64,000 bases of DNA from a virus, in IMG/VR virus record IMGVR_UViG_3300046683_000606, positions 4,570-68,569 of that record; one strand, written 5' to 3'. Shown in pieces: positions 28,998 to 38,033 of this stretch (position 1 is the stretch's first letter; the number at the start of each line of letters is the position of its first letter). Below the pieces are notes generated by a model. That model had not been told where the DNA came from. It ran no database searches and saw nothing but the letters and a program-made list of their open reading frames with translations. Made by a program: the position numbers and the translations under genes.

Positions 28998-30079
28998 TTC
29001 TTTTCCTCTGGTTGCGGTGGCGCTGGCTGGCGGTCGGCAAGGTCGCTTAATTCACTGGCAAGGCGCTTTACCCGCACTGCGAGCAGACCATACCCCATCG
29101 AATCCAAGTCCTTGCCAGTTGTGTTTAGTTCTGCGATTATTCGCACCACTTGGCCAATTTGCGGCGTGCGCTCTGCGGGTGGCTGGCCAATGCGCTGAAT
29201 CGCTTGCAATGCCATGCCTAGCTCCGTATTCTCAGGGTCTTTGTCCCACAGCTTCCAAATCGCGTTGTAGGCAACGTCCAAAGGATTCTGCGGCGTGCGC
29301 TCTGCGGTTGCTGCGGCCAGCGCGGCTTTTGCCACTAATGCTGCTTCCTGGCATCGGTCGCAACAGGAATTTGCTGCAATGGAGCGTAAAGCGGTTTCGT
29401 ACACTCGCAGCGCCTCACTCCCACGCGGCTCAGGTTGCGCCCCAGTAGTTGTTCCAAGAATGTATGTCTGTCCATCGTAGCCATTTACGGTACGTGGACC
29501 GATTTTCGGTTGCTGCCATTCCTTGCGCTCGTCAGTCATGGGCTGCCTCTCTTTCGCAGCAGCTAAGGCTCTATCCCAATTCAAAATTGTTGTAGCTGGA
29601 GTGAATTTCAAGTATTCGTCTCGTATCGCCTGTCCCGCTTCCAGCAGCGGCAAGAGTCGGCGCTCCAGAATCTCAAGCAGGTAGTTGAAAAATGCCTGAT
29701 TGGTATTGCTGTCGGGTTTTACGTACTCCCGCGCCACGCTCGCCAGCAACTCTTTCATCTCGCTCATTCCCTTCGCCTCCAGCGCTGCCCGTATCCCCCT
29801 CAACCTGTCCACCCATCCCTGGATGGTGTGCTGGGAGAGTGCATTGTCGCTATCTGCAAGCGCTCCCATCCACACATGACACCGCCCACAGTAAGAGACT
29901 CCATCTACATCGTAAGAATTGTCATCATATTCACCGTGCTCGTAGGCCGTCCCGGTTTTGTGCAGAACTTTTCGGCAATCAACGCCATGTCGGGTATATA
30001 GCCTCACCGGCGCTCGCTCGTCTCCGGCCTCGGCTAGAATGGAGTCAATCACTGCGATTACGTCGCTGTCTGCTCTCAT
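28994..30079 (-). CDS. Mosaic hypothetical protein
   Basis: Long ORF with internal SD+ATG sites and repeated AERTPQ linkers. Confidence 0.65.
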   Translation of the reverse strand: MRADSDVIAVIDSILAEAGDERAPVRLYTRHGVDCRKVLHKTGTAYEHGEYDDNSYDVDGVSYCGRCHVWMGALADSDNALSQHTIQGWVDRLRGIRAALEAKGMSEMKELLASVAREYVKPDSNTNQAFFNYLLEILERRLLPLLEAGQAIRDEYLKFTPATTILNWDRALAAAKERQPMTDERKEWQQPKIGPRTVNGYDGQTYILGTTTGAQPEPRGSEALRVYETALRSIAANSCCDRCQEAALVAKAALAAATAERTPQNPLDVAYNAIWKLWDKDPENTELGMALQAIQRIGQPPAERTPQIGQVVRIIAELNTTGKDLDSMGYGLLAVRVKRLASELSDLADRQPAPPQPEEKK

Positions 30080-30288
30080 GGTTTCCATCCGTCAACTTCT
30101 TCGCCTAGAAGAAATCCGCCAGTAGCCTTAATTTCGCGTGTCACATATTCGGCTACAAACTTCCGCAAACAAGTGTTGTGATAGAAGAAATTCTCTTCCA
30201 TGTGGTACATGTAATCCTGCCAAAATCGTATTTTCTCGCCACACATCGTGCAAACTTTCACTGCGATTACGTCAGGATCGGCTTTCAT
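30076..30288 (-). CDS. Small zinc-finger-like protein
   Basis: CTMCGEKI...HNTC; SD aaggag. Confidence 0.65.
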   Translation of the reverse strand: MKADPDVIAVKVCTMCGEKIRFWQDYMYHMEENFFYHNTCLRKFVAEYVTREIKATGGFLLGEEVDGWKP

Positions 30289-30467
30289 GGGCGCTCCTTT
30301 TTCACTGTGTTGCGCTGAATTGGCAATGGGCGCACATCTTGGTAACAACGCTTTGCTTCCTTGCGTGTGCGAAATAAATCTGCCTTGAGTACGCCATGAT
30401 AGTAGTCAGGGTCTTGGTAGAAATGAATTTTGCCATCTGAAAAACCTACCCAAAGTTTACGTTTCAT
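30285..30467 (-). CDS. Hypothetical protein
   Basis: SD aaggag; ATGA coupling on both sides. Confidence 0.6.
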   Translation of the reverse strand: MKRKLWVGFSDGKIHFYQDPDYYHGVLKADLFRTRKEAKRCYQDVRPLPIQRNTVKKERP

Positions 30468-31009
30468 GGGCGACGGCTCCTTTTAGGCAGACACGCGCTC
30501 AAATAACTGTCTACCAATGCCATGCAGTGTTCCCTGCGTTCGGGCTCCCATCGGTATTCAATCGACATAAAACCAACAAATTCGATAAGTAACGAGCGCT
30601 TTTTTTCGGTCGCGCTTGGCTTTGGCTTTTGTTCTGGGAGGATTCCGCCAAGCCAGCGATATTCGGTCGGTGCTTTAGTCGTCACTCGTCTTCGTTCTAC
30701 GTCGAGTCTTCCGCATCTTTCTTTTCGCAAGTCTCGGCAAGTGGATGAAACGGATGTTTGTCTTCCCCTGACTACCGGCGCCAGTCTTTGCACCGACCAC
30801 CATTCGTGACTGGTCCCTAGGACATACTTAACCCTGTCTTGCAGTACTTTCATGTGCTCACAGGCATAGTGCGGGTCAGTACTGAGTGGCGTCGAGTCCC
30901 TGCTTGTTTCTTCTTCCTCTGGCTCTGGCGGTTTGCGGCGCGGCCGTTCTTTGGCACGTTCCGGAATAGATGCAAACAGATTCTTTTGCGCTGGTTTGGG
31001 TTTAGTCAT
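30464..31009 (-). CDS. Putative winged-helix DNA-binding protein
   Basis: WWSVQRLA...TSVSSTCRDLRK...VERRR...EYR pattern. Confidence 0.55.
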   Translation of the reverse strand: MTKPKPAQKNLFASIPERAKERPRRKPPEPEEEETSRDSTPLSTDPHYACEHMKVLQDRVKYVLGTSHEWWSVQRLAPVVRGRQTSVSSTCRDLRKERCGRLDVERRRVTTKAPTEYRWLGGILPEQKPKPSATEKKRSLLIEFVGFMSIEYRWEPERREHCMALVDSYLSACLPKRSRRP

Positions 31010-31248
31010 AGGTCAAAAGCCTCGCGGCATCTTGAGGAGCACCAATCCATTCTGAGCGGCTTGTCGCATTCGCATTCGACGGCCATAACCGTTTCGCATT
31101 GTTGGCAGATGTGGTTGTGCGGTCCTGTATCCTCCAAGAAATTTTCAATGGCGTTCTGAATCTCCTCTGCCAGTTGTTCCAGTTTTTCTTTCTTGCCGTC
31201 CGGCAGAAAATACTCTGCTAGGTCGTAACATTTCTGGTCGTGGCTCAT
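31006..31248 (-). CDS. Cys-rich small protein
   Basis: CQQC, CEC, WCSSRC. Confidence 0.6.
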   Translation of the reverse strand: MSHDQKCYDLAEYFLPDGKKEKLEQLAEEIQNAIENFLEDTGPHNHICQQCETVMAVECECDKPLRMDWCSSRCREAFDL

Positions 31249-31249
31249 C

Positions 31250-31627
31250 TCAATTCCACCTAATCCGGTCGTGATGCAAGGCGGAGTGTCCGCTCTTACA
31301 ACCAAACGTGGTGCAGTCCAGGCAGTCACAGTGTCTTTTGCCGTGTATCCAGTGGCCGTCTTCCCAAGAAACCTGATGGCCTTCTTCGCACACTCCGCAA
31401 AGAGCCGGATGCTCGGTATATACCGCTTCGATCTTGCCTTCGCCGTCCCGTTCTACGTGGACCTTGCCGCCTTGCCGTTCGAATACCTGAATGCGCCGTT
31501 CTACGTGCGCTTGCACGCCATACAAAAATTCGTGGCCTTCCTTGTTAAAATACGTGTCGGTGTGCCGGCGGGAGCGCAAGGGTTTCCGCGGCTTCTTCAC
31601 TCGGACAGGTTTTGGAAAGTAAAGCAT
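31250..31627 (-). CDS. Degenerate HNH-like/zinc-binding protein
   Basis: Basic N-terminus, RIQVFERQGG, CGVC, H..H, C..C..H...H. Confidence 0.45.
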   Translation of the reverse strand: MLYFPKPVRVKKPRKPLRSRRHTDTYFNKEGHEFLYGVQAHVERRIQVFERQGGKVHVERDGEGKIEAVYTEHPALCGVCEEGHQVSWEDGHWIHGKRHCDCLDCTTFGCKSGHSALHHDRIRWN

Positions 31628-32085
31628 TACTCCCCCTTCCCTGCCCAATTCCGTATGGCCTCTTTGGGCAGGTCTGCGAAGCAACTATTCAAAAACTCTA
31701 CCAGGTCTTCGCTCGTTTTTAGTCCAGCGGCGCTCGCTATATGGCCTACAGTTTCGCACCAGGAGTCCGCCAGAGACCTTGGAACGCGATACCGAAGGAT
31801 TGTGTCAGGTTCCGTGTTTCGTGCCTTCCTAGAGGCTGCGTAGGCCGATAGCGTCGGTCCCTGGCCCATTTTAGTGATGGCTTCCTCGGTCCATCCTTGC
31901 TCGCGTTTGTGGTGAATGGCTTCTATCTTGCGTTTGAGTGCTGCTTTGGTGGCTGCGGTGGCTCTGGCCAGTATCTCCGCTTCGCGGTCTATGTGATCGG
32001 GAGCGCAAGCGTAGGCAACGGACACAATCGCGCTCCAGGCGCTACCATGCGCCGCGATGTAGGCTTGCATGGAGTTTGGTGTCAT
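31627..32085 (-). CDS. Hypothetical protein
   Basis: Coupled ORF in leftward operon. Confidence 0.6.
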   Translation of the reverse strand: MTPNSMQAYIAAHGSAWSAIVSVAYACAPDHIDREAEILARATAATKAALKRKIEAIHHKREQGWTEEAITKMGQGPTLSAYAASRKARNTEPDTILRYRVPRSLADSWCETVGHIASAAGLKTSEDLVEFLNSCFADLPKEAIRNWAGKGE

Positions 32086-33662
32086 GGCTGAAACAGGTTT
32101 CCGGCCGCACCTGGCTCGCGGTCGCGGTTGAGGATCGGCACTTTGTTGTGCTCAAATTCGACGCGGCCTATGCGCTTTAGCCCGGTGATGTTGGTGTATT
32201 GGCCTTTGGTCTGAAAGAATACTTCTGCTTCTTTGCCTTTGCCTTTGTCCAGATAGCCGTATATATCCTTATCCCAACATCCGGCTTCGCGTTTGGCGCC
32301 TTCGGGCGTTTTGATGGTGACCATTGCAAAAGACTTCTCGCCTTTGAGCGTAACGAATACGCGCTCAATGGTTCCTTTTACGATGAACGGCTCGGCGCCG
32401 GGGCTCTGTGATTTCCCGGCGCTGGCCGTTGTGGTTTTAGGGGTCTCCTTTCGTTCAGTCTTTCCCTTCGGGGGAAGGTCTTTGGGGAAAATCTCTACAA
32501 TGCGATAGTTCAACTGTTTGCCCATCGCGTGAATGGTCGAAACGTCGGTCGGCAGGATGTGCCACCAATCGTCTTTCCATGTGGCAGTGCAATGCTTCTG
32601 AATTAGTTCAACTAGGTCGCCAATGTCGCCGCGTATGATCGTGCCTTGATCGGCGCTGTGGACTAACTCTATGGTTCCACGCGGTTTAGCTTCTTCATGC
32701 TTGCTGTCAAGTGGCGCAACTTGCGGCGGTTCCTGTTTTATGTCCATCTTGGTCTCTGCCAATTCCTTGTCGGCTGCTTCGACGCGCGCAAGCGCTGCCT
32801 CGGCCATCTTTGCTTTGTCTGAGCCCGGTTCGTGGCCGTGCCCAAGTTTCTCGTCCAGTACTTCCGCTTGACGCGCTTTGCCAAGCTGTCTGTTGGCTTC
32901 GTAGGTGACTGCTCTCCCTGATGCCGTGAATCCGTTGGCGTCGGTGATGATTCGGCCTTCTGGTGTGTATTCCTGATCTGCCTGAACCATTTCAGCGTCG
33001 GTGTAAATATCGGACAGGTCGGGATAGCCTTTCCTGATCGCTAGAGCTTCGGCACACTTGGCGAGCATGTGACGCGGCATGCGATTGTAGAAGTCTGCTT
33101 TTGTTTCGCTCAGGTCTCGCGGTGCAAACTCATCCCAGTAAGCTACTCCAACGATGGGATGCTCCAAACCCTTCTTCCAAAGGCGCACGGTGGCGCTCTC
33201 TGGTATCGGTCTTCCGGCTGGAGTCTTAGTACCAGACATTACAAACGTCGGCTCATCGGCTCCGCCAAAGTCCCTGTGGTGCCGTCCAGCGAGCGCGCGC
33301 AACCCGTCAATCCCCATCTGAATAGTCATCTGGCGCCCGGCAATCCAGATTCCTTTTTCGTCCTGGTGATGTTTCGAAACGTTGCGGAACACGGCGTAAA
33401 TCTGTTTAGTGATCGGGTCGAGCTTGTGTTTCTTGCAGGTCCATAGGAACAAAGCAAACTCGTCGTTATCGGCGCCCTTGCACACTGTACGCTTCAATAG
33501 TTCAATCTCATCACTGCTAAGCTGCCGTTCGCGGTTCCGTTGGACGATTACCGGACGTGGCAAGGAGACCGTTGGAACGATTGCCGTTGTATTAAAACGG
33601 CGTTGGTTCTTCCGGCTCACTGGTTTCGAACGTCTTACGATCTTTCTTTTCGTCTTCGGCAT
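32082..33662 (-). CDS. bet: Bet/RecT-family ssDNA annealing protein with long C-terminal extension
   Basis: GADNDEFALFL..C...LDPITKQIY, IQMGIDGLRALA, MPRHMLAKCAEALAIRKGYP..LSDIYTDAEM; SD gaggag before 33662. Confidence 0.88.
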   Translation of the reverse strand: MPKTKRKIVRRSKPVSRKNQRRFNTTAIVPTVSLPRPVIVQRNRERQLSSDEIELLKRTVCKGADNDEFALFLWTCKKHKLDPITKQIYAVFRNVSKHHQDEKGIWIAGRQMTIQMGIDGLRALAGRHHRDFGGADEPTFVMSGTKTPAGRPIPESATVRLWKKGLEHPIVGVAYWDEFAPRDLSETKADFYNRMPRHMLAKCAEALAIRKGYPDLSDIYTDAEMVQADQEYTPEGRIITDANGFTASGRAVTYEANRQLGKARQAEVLDEKLGHGHEPGSDKAKMAEAALARVEAADKELAETKMDIKQEPPQVAPLDSKHEEAKPRGTIELVHSADQGTIIRGDIGDLVELIQKHCTATWKDDWWHILPTDVSTIHAMGKQLNYRIVEIFPKDLPPKGKTERKETPKTTTASAGKSQSPGAEPFIVKGTIERVFVTLKGEKSFAMVTIKTPEGAKREAGCWDKDIYGYLDKGKGKEAEVFFQTKGQYTNITGLKRIGRVEFEHNKVPILNRDREPGAAGNLFQP

Positions 33663-33900
33663 CGGGCTCCTCAATTCGTGTGCAACGGAAAGCTGGTTTG
33701 ATCTGCTTGAGAAAGTGTGAACCTTTAGACTCGGCTTTTTGGAATGCTTCCCAGTCTGCGGCCGTAAACGGCGTGTAGGGGTACACCCGTTCTTTTTCTC
33801 CGGCCTTCTTCGACGCAAAGGCGAGTTCCAGCGTTTTGGTCGTGGCGTTATACGCTACTCCGCATAGGCCGGTCTTACTGGTGATTGGTGTCCGGTTCAT
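33592..33900 (-). CDS. KTSC domain protein
   Basis: VAYNATTKTLELAF...Y.Y...WEAFQKAESKGSHFLKQIK. Confidence 0.85.
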   Translation of the reverse strand: MNRTPITSKTGLCGVAYNATTKTLELAFASKKAGEKERVYPYTPFTAADWEAFQKAESKGSHFLKQIKPAFRCTRIEEPDAEDEKKDRKTFETSEPEEPTPF

Positions 33901-34703
33901 ATTCTGTCCTCGTCCCATGCGCGGATACCTGGGACGGTAAGCTGCATGGCTTTCGAACTTTTTGTTTCGCGTGCTTGTCTGCTCAATTCCTGGTCGTTGC
34001 CCATGATGTACTTCCGCAAGTCGGTGCGTCCGCCAATATAGGCTTTCAGTACCGCGTCGAAGTCCGTAAACTCTGCGAAGTACTGAACACGTCCGCGAGT
34101 GCCGGCAATCTTCGGCGTGTTGGCTTGCACCTTTACATCTTGAACGTTGGCGGCCATTGCTGCCGCGTCTCTTGCTGCCTGTTCTTTCTGTTCGCGTTCG
34201 CGCTGCTCGGATTCCTTACGCATCTTCTCCGCTTCGCGCTTGTTCAAGTCTCCGGCCTTCTGCGCTTCCTTGATTTCCTTTTCGCGTTTCTTGCGATCTG
34301 CTTCGGCTTGCGCTTCTTGCTGCTTGCGGAGTTCGGCGGCATCGGCTTCGGCTTGGCGGCGGCGATCTTCATTAATGCGGCGCTCCTCCGCTTCGGCTGC
34401 GAGTCGTTCCTGGCGCTTAAAGTCTGCCATCGGAGTAGAAACCATATTGCGAATCTCCTCCGCACCATTCAAATACTTCTGCATCTCCTGGCGGACACTC
34501 TCAAGATTGCGGCGCGCAAACTCGACAAACGGGTTTAGCTTGTTTTTCACGTCCTTTTGATAGTTGGTGATCGTGGTGAGTAGTCGTCCGGCTTTCTCGT
34601 AGTCGTCCGGCGTCTTGACCATGATTCCTTTGGCTTCTTCGCGGAGTGTGGCAAGTCCCGTTTCGAGCGGTTGCGTCTCCGTTTTTGCAATCTGCGTTTC
34701 CAT
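33897..34703 (-). CDS. Coiled-coil phage protein
   Basis: VKTPDDYEKA start, long E/R/K/A helix, C-terminal VPGIR; SD ggagg. Confidence 0.75.
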   Translation of the reverse strand: METQIAKTETQPLETGLATLREEAKGIMVKTPDDYEKAGRLLTTITNYQKDVKNKLNPFVEFARRNLESVRQEMQKYLNGAEEIRNMVSTPMADFKRQERLAAEAEERRINEDRRRQAEADAAELRKQQEAQAEADRKKREKEIKEAQKAGDLNKREAEKMRKESEQREREQKEQAARDAAAMAANVQDVKVQANTPKIAGTRGRVQYFAEFTDFDAVLKAYIGGRTDLRKYIMGNDQELSRQARETKSSKAMQLTVPGIRAWDEDRI

Positions 34704-34716
34704 ACTTCCTCCCGAT

Positions 34717-35073
34717 TTATAAAAATTCTTCGCGTAACTGGTATGTCTTGCGTTTCCCGCGTGGTCCGCGTTTCGCCCATCCGTGTAGGATTACTTCGCC
34801 TCCGGAGTCCTTCCACGTTTGCAACTCTGGAATGGCCAGCAATTTATCCTTGTGTTTCGCAAAGTCTGTACTGCAACACTGAACAAGAGCGATCTGCCCC
34901 GGCTGGTGGTCACCGTCCAACTGTCTGCATGCCAGTAAATCTCCAATTCCAAAGGCGTCTATGCGTTTCCCGAATGGCATATTCGGATGCTTGATAAACT
35001 TCTCCACTATACAAACGGTCCACCCGTTATCTCGCAAGTGTTTCAGGCTGCGTTGTACGGGTTTCGACGCCAT
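34717..35073 (-). CDS. PD-(D/E)XK nuclease, resolvase-like
   Basis: LRDNGWTVCIVEK, DAFGIGDLLA, LVQC. Confidence 0.7.
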   Translation of the reverse strand: MASKPVQRSLKHLRDNGWTVCIVEKFIKHPNMPFGKRIDAFGIGDLLACRQLDGDHQPGQIALVQCCSTDFAKHKDKLLAIPELQTWKDSGGEVILHGWAKRGPRGKRKTYQLREEFL

Positions 35074-35074
35074 T

Positions 35075-35299
35075 TCAAGTCATCCAAAGAACTGCGGCAA
35101 CTACGGCTAGGGTTATTACGACCTTCACGGCGAACCAGGCGAGCGCTTTAACGAGTTTCACATTGGCGGCGCGGTCCTGCTTCCGTTCGCGAGCGTAGAA
35201 TGCGCGCATCGCGTCCTGTTCGCGCTGATCTTCAATGTCCAGCGCTTTGATGCAGACTTCTACATCCTGACGGCTCGGTACGTTCAAACTAGGCTTCAC
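35075..35299 (-). CDS. Small C-terminally anchored membrane protein
   Basis: SD ggagg before GTG; hydrophobic C-terminus. Confidence 0.6.
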   Translation of the reverse strand: MKPSLNVPSRQDVEVCIKALDIEDQREQDAMRAFYARERKQDRAANVKLVKALAWFAVKVVITLAVVAAVLWMT

Positions 35300-35747
35300 G
35301 TTTCCTCCGAAGGATTGGGCGGATGACTGCAAATACTAAACCAGCAAACAGAAAAGCGATTGTGGAAGATTCTGGCGTTGTAATAGGAACGTCGCCAAAG
35401 TCGATGGATGTGGGAGTGATCGAGACCGTCACATTGGGATTTATCGCTATGCGGGATTGCGTCCACACAACTGGCTCCGCTTTCTCGTCGGTTATTTCAG
35501 TTGGTCCACCTGGCCAAACGTAAAGCCCGATAGCTTTGAGTACTGCATTGATTGAAAGCTGTAGGGAGTCGGCGTTCGCGGCTATCTGCGCGTTTAACAG
35601 GTTTCCGGCCAGGTCTAGGTCAACGCCTGGGGCGAGCGGTAACACGGTGCTCGCGTCCAGTTCTGCGGCAACCTGCGTGATTGTGTCTGCGTGTGCTGTG
35701 GCCGCACAAAAGAAAGCTGCGGCGATTGCTAGGTTACGTAGTTGCAT
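35289..35747 (-). CDS. PEP-CTERM-type surface-sorted protein
   Basis: Signal MQLRNLAIAAAFFCAATAHA-DTI; C-terminus TPESST-IAFLFAGLVFAVI-RPILRRKR; SD aggagg. Confidence 0.75.
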   Translation of the reverse strand: MQLRNLAIAAAFFCAATAHADTITQVAAELDASTVLPLAPGVDLDLAGNLLNAQIAANADSLQLSINAVLKAIGLYVWPGGPTEITDEKAEPVVWTQSRIAINPNVTVSITPTSIDFGDVPITTPESSTIAFLFAGLVFAVIRPILRRKREA

Positions 35748-36018
35748 TTTTGTTTGCCTCCTCATAGGCTCGGCGTAATAAAATCTGTAACGGATCGGTC
35801 TCTGCTGCGTGTTCCCTGCATCCGCACTCACCGTCAATCTGGATTCCTTCCACTTCAATGCTGCGGTCATGCTCGCATCCGTTTTTGCTGTGGTCGCTAA
35901 TCGGGTGGAAGCACTCTCCACATTCAACTGGTTCCTGCTCGCGCGTTTTCCAGTTGAGGTATTCGGTCGGGTCTTGCTTGCGTTCCAGTGCTAGTTCTAC
36001 TGCTCTGTCGTAGCTCAT
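35734..36018 (-). CDS. Cys/His-rich small protein
   Basis: CGECFHPISDH...C...CGC; first gene behind leftward promoter. Confidence 0.7.
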   Translation of the reverse strand: MSYDRAVELALERKQDPTEYLNWKTREQEPVECGECFHPISDHSKNGCEHDRSIEVEGIQIDGECGCREHAAETDPLQILLRRAYEEANKNATT

Positions 36019-36038
36019 ATTTCCCCCTCAATTCCTGC

Positions 36039-36107
36039 ATGGTACGCTGATTTGCGGACAAGTCAAGTTAAATCTTGCTTGCGTGTCCGCTTATTTGCGT
36101 GTATAAA
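36039..36107. promoter_or_regulatory. Divergent promoters, each with an operator-like palindrome
   Basis: Leftward TTGACT(36066-61)-16-TACCAT; rightward TTGCGT(36079-84)-17-TATAAA; TACGC-N6-GCGGA and TCCGC-N6-GCGTG in the spacers. Confidence 0.75.
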
Positions 36108-36113
36108 ACTCCT

Positions 36114-36326
36114 ATGGATGAATCTCAAGTGCTGGCCAGACTGACTAAGTACTCTAAGCGTTACAAGAACATTCGCGAGGCTGCGGCATCTCTCGGCATC
36201 TCTAAAACGTACATGGGTGATATTCTGCGCGGCCGTCGGCCGGTTCCGGATTCAGTCTTGGCCGCTATCGGTTTGGAGCGCGTTACCGGATACCGGCGCG
36301 TTGTCGCCTACAAGTCTGCGGATTGA
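36114..36326 (+). CDS. Small Cro/XRE-like HTH regulator
   Basis: IREAAASLGISKTYMGDILRGRR HTH; sole rightward gene in the early region. Confidence 0.85.
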   Translation: MDESQVLARLTKYSKRYKNIREAAASLGISKTYMGDILRGRRPVPDSVLAAIGLERVTGYRRVVAYKSAD

Positions 36327-36734
36327 ATTGTTTGAGGAGTAGGTACGCGCCTCCAGCGTAGCAATGTGAAACACACGGCCGGGCTGCTCTCCCTGATCGG
36401 CGTATGGTGCGGTCAATGATTCAATCTTCCAATAGTTCTTGGTCCGGCCTAGAACGCGGCCGGTAAATTCATGCTGGCGGCCGGAGTTCGTAAAGCGTGC
36501 TATCACTAGGTCGCCCGTTTGGTAGTGGTCCAAGGTCGGATGCATCTCTTTGCGTACTTCACCTGCGAGCGTGCTTCTGCTTATCACTGGCGTATTCTCC
36601 TCTCGTCTAAATTCTCCGAATAGGGTTTCCCCTAGGCGTTTCATTGCTGCTTGGCGTGCGCGTTTGGACATATGACCGGAGGGCGATGATAGTGCTATCG
36701 CGTCTCCGGTCGAGAATGGTTTGCGGTCATTCAT
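36252..36734 (-). CDS. Hypothetical protein
   Basis: ORF converging on and overlapping the HTH gene by 75 nt. Confidence 0.6.
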   Translation of the reverse strand: MNDRKPFSTGDAIALSSPSGHMSKRARQAAMKRLGETLFGEFRREENTPVISRSTLAGEVRKEMHPTLDHYQTGDLVIARFTNSGRQHEFTGRVLGRTKNYWKIESLTAPYADQGEQPGRVFHIATLEARTYSSNNSIRRLVGDNAPVSGNALQTDSGQD

Positions 36735-36900
36735 TGGCTAACTTTTCTTCGGTTCCGGTGAATCCTTTGCAATGGGTATCAATGAACTGTGATTTGTCAT
36801 GGTTGAGTTCGATTAGGTCGTTTATAACGCGGCGCTGCTGTTTAATGCGTATGCCGAGCAGTGAGACAACGATAAGCAAAATAATGAGCATGGCTCGCAT
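36727..36900 (-). CDS. Small membrane-anchored protein (57 aa, not in ORF track)
   Basis: MRAMLIILLIVVSLLGIRIK...; fills gap in operon. Confidence 0.5.
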   Translation of the reverse strand: MRAMLIILLIVVSLLGIRIKQQRRVINDLIELNHDKSQFIDTHCKGFTGTEEKLANE

Positions 36901-36904
36901 GTGG

Positions 36905-37192
36905 TTAGGCTCGCATCCTTTCTCTGATTTCTGGCTTGGCGTACCATTCGCGGCAAATGGCCGCGTAGGTTTGGCAGCATAGGCAGTACTGCTCCTCTGG
37001 CAATTTCATCTCCACGCAGTCGGTGCCAGCGTCGGCTGCATCGCAAGTGTCGGGCACGTCTACCGGCCAACGTGCTTCGAAAAACTCCGCGAATATCTGG
37101 GTACGGTGTGACCGGAGTTGCGCGATCGTCTCCGCTGCGGTCAAGTTGTTGCTAGTCAGTACTTCGGGCTCGGTCGTGATTTCGTTTTTCAT
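36905..37192 (-). CDS. Cys-rich hypothetical protein
   Basis: Coupled ORF; YCLCC. Confidence 0.6.
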   Translation of the reverse strand: MKNEITTEPEVLTSNNLTAAETIAQLRSHRTQIFAEFFEARWPVDVPDTCDAADAGTDCVEMKLPEEQYCLCCQTYAAICREWYAKPEIRERMRA

Positions 37193-37443
37193 GATTTCCT
37201 CTCATAGAACCAAACAGCGTAAGTACGAGAAACGACGCCATATTCGCAAGCCATTCCTACCATTGCGCGGCCATCTGGGTTATATCCTGCCTGTTCTACG
37301 TCTGCGCGAACAAAGGAAAGTAATTCTTGCTCTGAGTCCACGCGCTTGCTCGCCAAAACATTCATGTAAAGCCCTGCCATGGCGTTTATTGGGTTACAGA
37401 AACGCGGTTTTTCTTCATAAGAAAGTGTTGGTTTGAATGGCAT
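37189..37443 (-). CDS. Hypothetical protein
   Basis: SD-like gaggaagg; coupled ORF. Confidence 0.6.
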   Translation of the reverse strand: MPFKPTLSYEEKPRFCNPINAMAGLYMNVLASKRVDSEQELLSFVRADVEQAGYNPDGRAMVGMACEYGVVSRTYAVWFYERKS

Positions 37444-37448
37444 GGGCG

Positions 37449-37727
37449 TTAGTCCTTCCTCTGGCAGTCTTCGAGATATTGGGCGTGATTGTAGTCGAGT
37501 GCGCTTGACAAGTCTTCGGCTTCTGGGTCGTCATGGTCGTCTAACCTGTGGCCGTGGTCCTGAATGTTGGTCAGTTCGGTCCATAGGTGCGTCTGTACGT
37601 GGTTTGTAAACGCTTCGGCTATTTCGCTTGGGGTTGCGTCGGGTAACAGTTTGCGGAGCGCTGACTGTGCGAGTGTTAGCGCGTCGTCAAGTATTGCGAG
37701 CGTGCGGTCATCATCGCGGAGTGTCAT
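37449..37727 (-). CDS. Acidic hypothetical protein
   Basis: Asp/Glu-rich ORF in operon. Confidence 0.6.
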   Translation of the reverse strand: MTLRDDDRTLAILDDALTLAQSALRKLLPDATPSEIAEAFTNHVQTHLWTELTNIQDHGHRLDDHDDPEAEDLSSALDYNHAQYLEDCQRKD

Positions 37728-37728
37728 G

Positions 37729-38022
37729 TTATACCTTCCCTTCTGCGGCCGCGATTGCGGCGCGTGCTTGTTCCAGCGTCAATCCTTCGGCGCCGTGCCA
37801 GTCCGGTATTCCAATGCCTTCTAACTGTTGAATTAAATCCAGCATGGCGGCTAGCAGGTCCGGCGCCGCTGCGATTAGGCGCGCGTTGGCTTCGCTGTTG
37901 CCGTATGGATAGTTGTCCACTCTGGCTATAACGCGGCCGTCTTTGATCTGACCGGCGCCTACCCATCCCGTACCAGCAAACCACGGTCCTGGCGTGTGTT
38001 GTGTGTTCATGGCGTTTTCCAT
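37729..38022 (-). CDS. Common phage early protein (HTPGPW...ANARLIAAAPDLL type)
   Basis: Recognisable motif pair. Confidence 0.8.
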   Translation of the reverse strand: MENAMNTQHTPGPWFAGTGWVGAGQIKDGRVIARVDNYPYGNSEANARLIAAAPDLLAAMLDLIQQLEGIGIPDWHGAEGLTLEQARAAIAAAEGKV

Positions 38023-38033
38023 TTCGAAGGAAG

